A DNA stretch of 64,000 bases from Methanobacteriota archaeon (GTDB lineage Archaea; Thermoplasmatota; Poseidoniia; Poseidoniales; Poseidoniaceae), in contig WTIT01000151.1 of assembly GCA_011526375.1 (NCBI GenBank), positions 42,130-106,129 of the forward strand, read 5' to 3'. The translations under genes were made by a program, and so were the position numbers. The notes under the pieces are model-generated. The model did no database searches and was not told the DNA's origin. It was given only the letters and a program-made list of their open reading frames with translations. This document shows positions 1 through 8,263 of the stretch, in pieces; the first letter of the stretch is position 1; every line of letters starts with the position of its first letter.

Positions 1-831
1 TAAGAAGAAATAAAGAAATGGCAAACCTGTTAATATTGCTGTAAACCAAAGCGGAGCGACTAACAATACCAGTGTTGAACTTCCAATAAAATCGAAATCG
101 GCCCCAATTCGACGCTTCTTTGGATAGTTACGCATTATTCTTACGTGCGCTCTTGCATCTCTTGAACGCTTAGCCAAAAATCGCTTTCTACCTGATTCCG
201 GAACGTGTGCTACAACTGCTTCTGGAGCATAAACTATTGATCCTCCTTGTGAAATTAGTTTCAAACTGACCTCCATATCTTCCGCATGATACCATGAAGG
301 GTCGAAACCTCCGATATCATCTAGATGTTTTCTGTTAAACATTGAACAAGGCCCATTGGCAAGGCTAGTTCTCCTCGGTCTAGAGCGATATTTCGATTCA
401 ATTTCAACCGAACGTAATACGCTGACCAAATCATCAGCTCTTTCAAAAATAGTTCTGCCTGTAACTGCCACTATATTCTCATTAGAATCTACAGGATGAC
501 TTTTTTCATATAGATTCGAAATCCAATTTTGCGTAGGCCTTACATCAATATCTGTTATGGCAACCCACTCACCTTTTGATTTTCTTACGGCTAAATTTCT
601 ACCAGCCGATAACCCGAGTGCATCTTGAGTAAACACAAAGATTGGCACCTCTCCCTCTGGATTATGCCATTTTTCCAAACATTCACGAGAGCCATCTGTC
701 GACCCATCATCAACGGCAATAATTTCAAGCGGCCGGTATGTTTGATTGGTAAGTGATTCTAAGCAACCGTCAACCCATTCTTTCCCGTTTCTAACACAAA
801 CGGTTATCGAAATTAGAGGATTATCATTCAA
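1..831 (-). CDS. Family 2 glycosyltransferase (partial, runs off window start)
   Basis: Manual translation from TTG at 831 (4-bp overlap with upstream stop): NDNPLISITVCVRNGKEWVDGCLESL...LEIIAVDDGSTDG...GLSAGRNLA...VAITDID (GT-A DxD)...EDMEVSLKL. Not in the ORF track because it is truncated. Confidence 0.9.
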   Translation of the reverse strand, partial: MNDNPLISITVCVRNGKEWVDGCLESLTNQTYRPLEIIAVDDGSTDGSRECLEKWHNPEGEVPIFVFTQDALGLSAGRNLAVRKSKGEWVAITDIDVRPTQNWISNLYEKSHPVDSNENIVAVTGRTIFERADDLVSVLRSVEIESKYRSRPRRTSLANGPCSMFNRKHLDDIGGFDPSWYHAEDMEVSLKLISQGGSIVYAPEAVVAHVPESGRKRFLAKRSRDARAHVRIMRNYPKKRRIGADFDFIGSSTLVLLVAPLWFTAILTGLPFLYFFL

Positions 832-1850
832 TCAACCACCTCAAACATAGACAAGATATCTCTGCAGCGATTTTTTACCGCAAGAGTTGAGATTTGGACA
901 ACTACTCCTGTCTTCGGCTGACCATAAATCACTGCGGTACCTATTGGTGCAAGACAATGGATTATTATCGGAGCTAAATCCTCTTCTCCCTCAACATTAA
1001 TGATTGTTGGTTCATCTTTTGATAAGGCATTTTCAACTGCATCTATCAAGGATGGCATTATATGTCCAGCTGGATTAATCGCACTCAAAATATTAGTAAA
1101 ATGAGAACTATCAATTAGTTCTGATTCGTTTAATTTAACCCTCTTTGTCATACCATCAACGATGCCAATATCTGGGATAATCCCCATACCAATTAAGGTT
1201 GCAACAGAAACATCGCCAACAGCAACTATCGAACTGTTTTGTCGATCTATTGATTCTATCGCTTCTGACATTGCAATTTCTGGGTATTCCTCTGGGCCCT
1301 CAAACAATGTTCCCATTGGAGTCTTTAGTTCATTGTCGAGTGTTGCAACCATCTTCAACTCATGTTGTCTATTTTGATCATCAATCCACGCATTACCATC
1401 AGAGTCAATCATTCCACTTCTAATTCTTGAACTACTGATTATTTTACCTGAATAATCAAGCATGTGAGGCACTTCTAAGATCGATAATTTTCCTAAACCG
1501 GAAAGTTCCCTCATTCGGTTAATTTCTTGGCAATTACCAATTGTTTCTGGAGTGGCGATAATAGCATCAGCTGACTCATGATCCGGCGCTGGTCCAAATG
1601 AATCATTCAGTTGGAAAATACTAACCGAGTGGTACGACTTTTCAGATAACCAATCATAGATTGCATCAACCCGATCATCGTATGGCTGAATGTGTGGAGA
1701 TTTCCGGCCGGCTATTTCATCGTTCACCACGTGAATCTCTACTTGTTCTGAGCGAGATATCGCCATACTAAGTAATAGTTTGTGACCTGAATGTAGCCTG
1801 TCGAATGTCCCGCCAACTAGGCAACAAGCATAACGAACCTCAGTTGCCAT
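828..1850 (-). CDS. coaD: Bifunctional phosphopantetheine adenylyltransferase / GTP-dependent dephospho-CoA kinase (DUF359)
   Basis: N-terminal GGTFDRLHSGH (HxGH) and ISSSRIR; C-terminal VGDV, IVDG.TKR, NPAG.I, GEEDL, YGQP motifs of DUF359. Confidence 0.9.
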   Translation of the reverse strand: MATEVRYACCLVGGTFDRLHSGHKLLLSMAISRSEQVEIHVVNDEIAGRKSPHIQPYDDRVDAIYDWLSEKSYHSVSIFQLNDSFGPAPDHESADAIIATPETIGNCQEINRMRELSGLGKLSILEVPHMLDYSGKIISSSRIRSGMIDSDGNAWIDDQNRQHELKMVATLDNELKTPMGTLFEGPEEYPEIAMSEAIESIDRQNSSIVAVGDVSVATLIGMGIIPDIGIVDGMTKRVKLNESELIDSSHFTNILSAINPAGHIMPSLIDAVENALSKDEPTIINVEGEEDLAPIIIHCLAPIGTAVIYGQPKTGVVVQISTLAVKNRCRDILSMFEVVD

Positions 1851-1922
1851 TGCTTGACTGTAATGAATTTGGCCTTTGAGTTAATCGCTTGATTTACAGA
1901 AAATAATCCGATTTTAATAGCC

Positions 1923-2212
1923 AAAAAAACACAGCGCTGTGCCCCAGCTCCTAACGGCCTATTTCATCGCAATGCTCCAAGGCCTGACCCTCGGTGCCGG
2001 GGCGTGCTGTTTGATAGGGTGGTTGTCTTGAGTTCATTCTTACGTCACACAAGGACCCATAACCTACCAAATGGTTTACCGCTTTTGCCCCAAAAATCAT
2101 CCCCCGAAGGGTCATTTTGGTCTTCGATAGCGGACCGCACATTGGTATCGAACTTCATAGCAATTTCACAGTAGCTCTGCCCGATGTTGCTAGTGCGGCA
2201 GATTCCTCTAAG
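1923..2212 (-). ncRNA. Putative structured non-coding RNA, class unassigned
   Basis: About 52% GC (hand count 1931-2210) in AT-rich flanks; many helices with G-U pairs that work only on the minus strand; cUUCGg tetraloop (2102-2111); TATA-like ATTTAAAT at 2236-2243; terminal palindrome 1930-1941 followed by T7. Confidence 0.7.
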
Positions 2213-2237
2213 AGATTACATACATGAAGCCATCGAT

Positions 2238-4760
2238 TTAAATGGTATTTTTATGATATGAAATACCATAAATTAACGCGCCAATTGTTGGGTCACCCTC
2301 CTTGATTACATCAACTGTAAAGTTGGGCCAATTCTTGATATCTCGTAATAAGTACGCCAATTTAGGATGGGTTCGTGGAGTCACCCTGTAGTTGGAATCC
2401 TCTAATTTTGAGACCAAGTCAAATACATCCATGAGTGAATTCTTTGCCACTGATTCCTGCATTATCGGAATATACAGTAGGTCACCACTATCTGGTATTT
2501 TTCTTGCAAACCTTTGTTGCAAACCGGGCGGCCCCCATAATTCTCCATTTAACCTGAAAATCAAGGCAGGCCACGGTATTTCTTGTTGAGCCAACCATCG
2601 ACGACCTGATGAATTTGACAGTTGGCTGACAAGCCAGTTAGCTGAATTCCCACACCACCACTGGTATGGCAATAAACTCATGAAACTCCTCATCAAATCA
2701 TTTGATATTGGTTCAATATTTTGCTGGACAGAGACATATTTACCCCAATTGTGTAAAATAGAGTCTACGGGGTGAATTTTTGATGCTAGCATGACTTTTG
2801 AGTGTGCATCATAACGGTCAAGATTTCCTTTCCCGTCGTCTCTAAACAATGCCTCAAGCACCTCACTAGCAAACAATGGGGAATCCAACCACTCATCTAT
2901 GCAAGATTTAACAATCTCTGAAAACTCATCTGACAATTTGTCACAAATCAATAGGATTGCTGTAGCAATAGCGATGGAATCCGTAGAATTAACATTAAAT
3001 TTCTTTGTCTCTACTATTGTTTGATTATCCAGCAAAAACTGATTGGAAATTTCTCGAATGGCTGCTAAACGCCATTTATTACTTGCATGATTGATACAGG
3101 ATAACAGCAAATCAAGAGAAATTGTCTCGACTGACATTAGGTCAGCCCAGTCACCATCTAGTTTCTGTGAAATTCTTACCCACCTACCAGGGCGGTGCTC
3201 GGATGGTGTTGCAATCCATGCAGCAAGAGGATTGGAGGATTCTATTCTGTTAGCCCACTCCTCACTTCCTTCCGGATACTTATGTAAGGCCTGCCAAATC
3301 TCATTTCTATGGTTAAAATCCTCAGTTGAACTAGACATTGAAGCCAAATCCCAAATTCCATTTTGGAACGACTTTAACAATTCTCTTGCATCGCTAGGAT
3401 ATACACTATGTGCGACCTCTACAACATTTGTTGATTTGTTAGATAGTTCGATATCCAAGGAATGTTGATTCTGCAAACTTAGTCTTGCCATAGCTAATTT
3501 AGGCAAGGAGATTAATCGCCCCAAAGATGAACTAATGTGAACTGCATCCCCTGTTCTTGTTACTAATAACCTGCAGTTGTCATCCCTTAGCATATGGTCT
3601 AGAAACTCAAGATTGGACTTACTGTCAAAATCCCACTCGATTACATATGGATCGTCATAGTTGGCTCTAATGTGTAAAATAATCGACTTCAATCCGGTTA
3701 TTGTAAGATTAGAAATTTCAACATTATTCGGGATTTCATTTATCCAATCACAATAACCAAAATCCTTTGATATCTCTTTTTGCATTACAACGCTTAAACC
3801 ATTTACTGAGTTGCTTTCGATGGTATACTTTATCTCCTCAAATTTGGCTTGTAACCTATCTTTTGATAGTCTCTTGTGACGCAATTTGAGCCAATCATAT
3901 AAACAACCTATTGGGAGTAGACTAACATCAGGTTTTACGACATTTTTCCTTAACACACATGCGTTATTGGAAAATGAATTTATCAGTAAATTAACATCGA
4001 TATCCGAAGTTAGATGCGCATGAAGTCTTGAATTCCAAGATATGCTATTATCTGTTCCAGTGATTCTACCAATGACCTGAGAACCGTTAGTTAAGTCGGG
4101 TGGCAACTGGATATCTCTACTTCTTGGAGTTTTGAATTTTGTACCTGGAGGAACATTCCATTGATTTACTGGCTTGAATAATTTAGCCCTTAGTAAGGCA
4201 AAAGAATCTTCTCTTTGTAACCAAGCATCCAGCGTACCTGCAGCAAGTTCACTTGGTGGAGTGATTTGCCGCAATTCTTTAGCTGAGTACCATCGCAATG
4301 AATTTGGAATTACAGAGCCCCAAATCACCCCCTCTGTTCCACTGGAATTTTCATTACCTCCATTATTCAGGCTAAATGGATCTAATGGTAGTGATAATAA
4401 TGAAGTTGGAGTGTTTTTGTGGTAACATAACAGCAAATCTGTACCTTTAGATTCTAACACTATGCCGTCATAATCAGACTCCAAATTACTAGAATATTTC
4501 TTGTATAAGGTTAGACAATCTTGTTCTAATAAATCTCTACCATGTTCTGTAATACTGTGAATAGCACCACGAATTCCGTGAGTATCGTCCCTATGGACAA
4601 GATTTCTTTTTCTAAGTTCACTCAATGCTAGAGAGGTATGAGGCGTTCTAATAGTCAAAGCAGTCGAAATTTCTGTAAGTGAGCCACTATAATCCAATAA
4701 CCAGTTTAGGATTCTCCTCTGTGTGCGACTTCTAAGCCTTCTACTGGACAAAATTGTCAC
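2238..4760 (-). CDS. Large hypothetical protein with N-terminal winged helix-turn-helix
   Basis: 840-aa ORF; N-terminus RRILNWLL...SLTEISTAL.IRTPHTSLALSELRKRNLVHR...HSITEHG is MarR/ArsR-like wHTH; remainder is Trp-rich and helical, not recognised. Confidence 0.75.
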   Translation of the reverse strand: MTILSSRRLRSRTQRRILNWLLDYSGSLTEISTALTIRTPHTSLALSELRKRNLVHRDDTHGIRGAIHSITEHGRDLLEQDCLTLYKKYSSNLESDYDGIVLESKGTDLLLCYHKNTPTSLLSLPLDPFSLNNGGNENSSGTEGVIWGSVIPNSLRWYSAKELRQITPPSELAAGTLDAWLQREDSFALLRAKLFKPVNQWNVPPGTKFKTPRSRDIQLPPDLTNGSQVIGRITGTDNSISWNSRLHAHLTSDIDVNLLINSFSNNACVLRKNVVKPDVSLLPIGCLYDWLKLRHKRLSKDRLQAKFEEIKYTIESNSVNGLSVVMQKEISKDFGYCDWINEIPNNVEISNLTITGLKSIILHIRANYDDPYVIEWDFDSKSNLEFLDHMLRDDNCRLLVTRTGDAVHISSSLGRLISLPKLAMARLSLQNQHSLDIELSNKSTNVVEVAHSVYPSDARELLKSFQNGIWDLASMSSSTEDFNHRNEIWQALHKYPEGSEEWANRIESSNPLAAWIATPSEHRPGRWVRISQKLDGDWADLMSVETISLDLLLSCINHASNKWRLAAIREISNQFLLDNQTIVETKKFNVNSTDSIAIATAILLICDKLSDEFSEIVKSCIDEWLDSPLFASEVLEALFRDDGKGNLDRYDAHSKVMLASKIHPVDSILHNWGKYVSVQQNIEPISNDLMRSFMSLLPYQWWCGNSANWLVSQLSNSSGRRWLAQQEIPWPALIFRLNGELWGPPGLQQRFARKIPDSGDLLYIPIMQESVAKNSLMDVFDLVSKLEDSNYRVTPRTHPKLAYLLRDIKNWPNFTVDVIKEGDPTIGALIYGISYHKNTI

Positions 4761-4806
4761 CTCTAACTGTTCTAGCCTTAAATGTTTTATAGTTTTATTG
4801 TTAAAC

Positions 4807-4922
4807 TAACTAAATTGTTACATTTAGTTACGTATTTCCACTGGAAAAGTTTGTTACAACTTACAACCCATCATAATTGGTTCATTTTTTACACTTAATT
4901 TCGTACCTAAATGTAACAAACT
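4807..4922. promoter_or_regulatory. AT-rich divergent intergenic region with ORB-like box and GTTAC inverted repeats
   Basis: TTTCCAGTGGAAAT on minus strand (4834-4847); TTGTTACATTTAG (4815-4827) inverted to CTAAATGTAACAA (4907-4919); AGTTTGTTACA (4848-4858) inverted to TGTAACAAACT (4912-4922); TAACTAAAT/ATTTAGTTA palindrome (4807-4830). Confidence 0.5.
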
Positions 4923-5020
4923 GGTGTTTTTGGAGGAACTATTATATCAGCCACCGATGTCCTGTCATTTAGTGGCAATTATTCGATGGATATGCGCTGC
5001 GTGACAGATGAGTGATTAAG

Positions 5021-5350
5021 ATGAAAACTACCAGAATCAGAGAGAAGATTAAGAAATTTTTAGGCGAACGACCCCGTAACACTGCGGAGATTCTGGAACA
5101 CATCAATAGTACGATGCGACATGGCACTACAAGCCAACAATTAGGAAACGTACTTTCAAAAGACAAAGACATCGTCAAAGTCGGTTACATCAAGAGATCA
5201 GGTATTCTCTCTGGAGGATATGACATTTGTGAATGGGCAACTCGCACATGGGTTTCCAGCAACTGCCCTGGTTGGGAAGAAGGAACTCCAATCATCATTG
5301 ACCAAGAAGGCAATGTAACCACTGGAACCCCTCCTGAAGACAAGTACTGA
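5021..5350 (+). CDS. DUF3860 family putative nucleic-acid-binding (wHTH) protein
   Basis: IKKFLGERPRNTAEILEHIN...LGNVLSKDKDIVKVG...SG...ICEWA resembles DUF3860; ATG at 5021 chosen (GTG at 5012 is an alternative). Confidence 0.8.
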   Translation: MKTTRIREKIKKFLGERPRNTAEILEHINSTMRHGTTSQQLGNVLSKDKDIVKVGYIKRSGILSGGYDICEWATRTWVSSNCPGWEEGTPIIIDQEGNVTTGTPPEDKY

Positions 5351-5352
5351 GA

Positions 5353-6399
5353 TTATTCGGTTAACAACCGATGAAAGTGGTGAACACCCTTTTCCATAGT
5401 AGGCGAATAGCGCCCACGCTGATACAATTTAGACTCCATCCCTATATTGCAAGATTCAACAATCCATTGATCTTCATGCTCCACTGTGTCAAGTTCACCA
5501 CCAGCTCCAACTCCAATTTTACTTGAGTCACAAACCAAACCGAAGTATGTGATGTTTGTTTGGGAAACATTTAGTGGGTCAACAACATTAACTGAAATAC
5601 CCCATGGATAAAAGTTCAACATAAGATTAGGGAATATCCACCAATAATACGCAGCAATATTTCTTCCGTAATCTTGGTGCCCCTCAGGGATCTCAAAACA
5701 ATCTCTAACTTCCTGTCCTTCTCCTATTTGCAAGACTGCATTATCAAACAATTCTGTTTGATATGAAGCATAATCAATTACTGAATTTAGTGTTTTGTGG
5801 ACATAAGGTATGTGAAAACCCTCGAGATAATTATCGACATACAATAACCAATTTGCTGACACTTTGTGTAATCTGTCCAACTCCTCAACTCTTACAAGTT
5901 TTGAAAAGTTAAAAAAATTCATTCGCTGTTCAACGGCATTGATATATTGTTCGAATGTCTCATCTGTAGAAAAACTAGCAAACAATAAGCCATGCCAATT
6001 GACTACTTGGGCAGATGGTAAATCGTCAGCAGAGGATGGAAAATTCTTGACTTCTGAGAATTCTGGCATGTGTTTGAACTCACCAGATAGTGAGAATGAT
6101 CGACCATGATAAGGACAGCTAATTGTCGATGATGTGGTTTTCTTGTCACACAAAATCATCCCTCGATGGGTACAAACATTTGAGATACAATGATATCCTG
6201 ATTCGGATTTTGTAAGGATCATTGGAATGTCTCCAATTGTAACTGGTACAATATTGTCGTTTTCTAACATAGATTCAAGGCCTATGAAGCTCCAAGTTGA
6301 GGCAAACTTTTCCAGTAAACTTGAGTATTTTTCACTATCGTTATAGTACCCTGAAGGGAGTGTCTCTGCTAATGTAATATCTGGATGAATAACACCCAT
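5353..6399 (-). CDS. Rieske non-heme iron oxygenase alpha subunit (choline monooxygenase/aromatic ring-hydroxylase-like)
   Basis: Rieske CTHRG...CPYHG; mononuclear Fe motif DNYLEGFHIPYVH and ED..IVE; C-terminal GRYSP.ME.GVHHFH. Start may be 6414. Confidence 0.9.
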   Translation of the reverse strand: MGVIHPDITLAETLPSGYYNDSEKYSSLLEKFASTWSFIGLESMLENDNIVPVTIGDIPMILTKSESGYHCISNVCTHRGMILCDKKTTSSTISCPYHGRSFSLSGEFKHMPEFSEVKNFPSSADDLPSAQVVNWHGLLFASFSTDETFEQYINAVEQRMNFFNFSKLVRVEELDRLHKVSANWLLYVDNYLEGFHIPYVHKTLNSVIDYASYQTELFDNAVLQIGEGQEVRDCFEIPEGHQDYGRNIAAYYWWIFPNLMLNFYPWGISVNVVDPLNVSQTNITYFGLVCDSSKIGVGAGGELDTVEHEDQWIVESCNIGMESKLYQRGRYSPTMEKGVHHFHRLLTE

Positions 6400-6415
6400 T
6401 GTCCCACCATACAAA

Positions 6416-7339
6416 TCAGGCTTGGAAAATTTCTAAGGCCTCTTCCACTGATGCCCCGTCGCATATTATGGCATGACAAGCAGCAGTCATTCTTACTGCA
6501 CTTTCAGTATCCTTTTGGTGGATATTTCGGCCAGTGGCTGCGCCACGACAATTCCCAGTATTCATCTGTTCCCAAAGCCTTTGCAAGAATTCTTCCGGAG
6601 GCAAAGTACCACCGCCAGAGCAGATTATTCCACATCGCCCGGCAGCCTGGGAGGCAATAGCAAGAGATTCTGCTCTCGTCATTCCTGGATATTCACTTGG
6701 ATAATTGACCTTAGCAAAATCAGCTCCAATACAGGCTGCAACACCGGCGGCTCCAGAAATTAACTGTGGATCTTTTTCATTGGCAACAGCTTTTCCACGT
6801 GGATACATCCAAACAACCGTTACCATCCCCAATTCGTGTGCTTGGCGAATAAATTGAGCGGCCTCTGACATCATCTCATGTTCATATTCGCTTCCGATGT
6901 AAATTGTGTAACCGATACCAACAACGTTGATTCCATTATGGACAAGAGACATAACATCATCCATATCCCAAAGTGCTTGAGATACAGGGTCTCTCTGTGT
7001 AGTTTTTACCATGTGGGATTTCGAATTTAGTTTGACCAAATATGGAATGTCTGGGTAATCTCTAGCATAGTGCGAAATTAGTCCGAGTTGTCCCGCAAGA
7101 ACCCCGATTGTTCCTTCTTTATGACATCGGTTGCCAATTTCAAACAAGTGGGCAGGGTCGTTTGATGAAAGCGGAATCTCGTTGCCACCATCATAGAAAT
7201 CATCATTCAAATGTTCAATCTTTTGATCACAAGCAAACAAATTCATCTTACCTGTTCCGGCAGTCGCTGCATCCATATTTTGGATGAATGTTGGTATCAA
7301 CTCGTCTGGAACATCTGCAGGAACATCATACTTTGTCAG
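6416..7339 (-). CDS. Class I (DhnA-type) fructose-bisphosphate aldolase-like protein
   Basis: LFACDQKIEHLNDDFY, YLVKLNSKS, GYTIYIGSEYE, WMYPRG, GADFAKVNYP (Schiff-base Lys), ATGRNIHQ. Frame stays open upstream of TTG 7300 to a CTG at 7339 that has an SD. Confidence 0.88.
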   Translation of the reverse strand: MTKYDVPADVPDELIPTFIQNMDAATAGTGKMNLFACDQKIEHLNDDFYDGGNEIPLSSNDPAHLFEIGNRCHKEGTIGVLAGQLGLISHYARDYPDIPYLVKLNSKSHMVKTTQRDPVSQALWDMDDVMSLVHNGINVVGIGYTIYIGSEYEHEMMSEAAQFIRQAHELGMVTVVWMYPRGKAVANEKDPQLISGAAGVAACIGADFAKVNYPSEYPGMTRAESLAIASQAAGRCGIICSGGGTLPPEEFLQRLWEQMNTGNCRGAATGRNIHQKDTESAVRMTAACHAIICDGASVEEALEIFQA

Positions 7340-7356
7340 CCCAAATCACCCCTAAC

Positions 7357-8223
7357 TCAGTTACCTGTAAAGTTAGCAACGCGCTTTTCAACATATGCCG
7401 CAATACCTTCTTTGGCATCGGTGCTGTTGAACAAGGCTGCCTGTAATTCACGCTCTAGCGCCAAGTGGTACTCGAACGGAATCTCTGGTCCGGTTTGACA
7501 AGATCGCTTGATGTTGCCAACGGCTTTTACCGCCTTGTTTGGCAGTGTGAATTGAGAACACCAATCCAAGATGTCTCTGCGGAAATCTTCTGGGGAGCCT
7601 TCCCAAATGTGGTTGATTAGATTCGATGCGTGAGCATCTTCGAAGGACATTAATTCTCCAGTTACCATCATTTCCAATGCTTTTGCTTTACCGATTAGTC
7701 TGGTTAATCGTGCTGTACCACCTGTTCCGGCTAATACACCGAGATTGATCTCAGGAAGACCAACTTTTCCGGAGTTCTTTCTAGCGATTCTAATGTCAGC
7801 AGCCATAGCGATTTCAAGACCTCCACCGACTGCGTGTCCGTTGATTGCACATACAACAAGTTTGGATGTTTGCTCCAATCTTGAAAGAGTTTCATTGGCG
7901 TGCAAACAGAAATTGTACTTGAATCCAGGTGAAACAGAATTCAACATTTGAATTGATGCTCCTGCCGAGAAGAAAGATGCACCGTTGCCAGTTAGAACAA
8001 TACAGGTAACATCGTCATTAAATCGTGCTCTGACGATTGCTTCATCTATGTCTCGCATCATCTCATGAGTATAGGTATTTGGCGAACGGTCATTTGGACC
8101 GTCTAACGGTTTACCGGCTGAATCTGAAGTGAGTTCAATCACAGCAATTCCATTTTCAGTAACTCCATAATTTACCAACTTATTTGGCATAGGCTCGAGT
8201 TTTAATCCATACAGGTCGCTCAT
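7357..8223 (-). CDS. Crotonase-family enzyme resembling the N-terminal half of BoxC (benzoyl-CoA epoxide/oxepin hydrolase)
   Basis: FFSAGASIQML...FKYNFCLHANET...INGHAVGGGLEIAMAAD...VGLPEINLGVLAGTGGTARL; the NFC..NET and GV..GTGG..R segments are BoxC-like. Confidence 0.85.
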   Translation of the reverse strand: MSDLYGLKLEPMPNKLVNYGVTENGIAVIELTSDSAGKPLDGPNDRSPNTYTHEMMRDIDEAIVRARFNDDVTCIVLTGNGASFFSAGASIQMLNSVSPGFKYNFCLHANETLSRLEQTSKLVVCAINGHAVGGGLEIAMAADIRIARKNSGKVGLPEINLGVLAGTGGTARLTRLIGKAKALEMMVTGELMSFEDAHASNLINHIWEGSPEDFRRDILDWCSQFTLPNKAVKAVGNIKRSCQTGPEIPFEYHLALERELQAALFNSTDAKEGIAAYVEKRVANFTGN

Positions 8224-8263
8224 GTGTCAACCGAGATGGACTAGCATTATGAATAAATCGCAT

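Noticed and set aside
1951-2142. 63-aa ORF inside the structured region
   Set aside because: No SD or recognisable motif; dense base-pairing explains the region better as RNA.
1923-2212. Direct call as RNase P, SRP, 5S rRNA or tmRNA
   Set aside because: No end-to-end pairing, P4 motifs incomplete, no GNRA-capped SRP helix 8, no 5S or tRNA-like ends; left unassigned.
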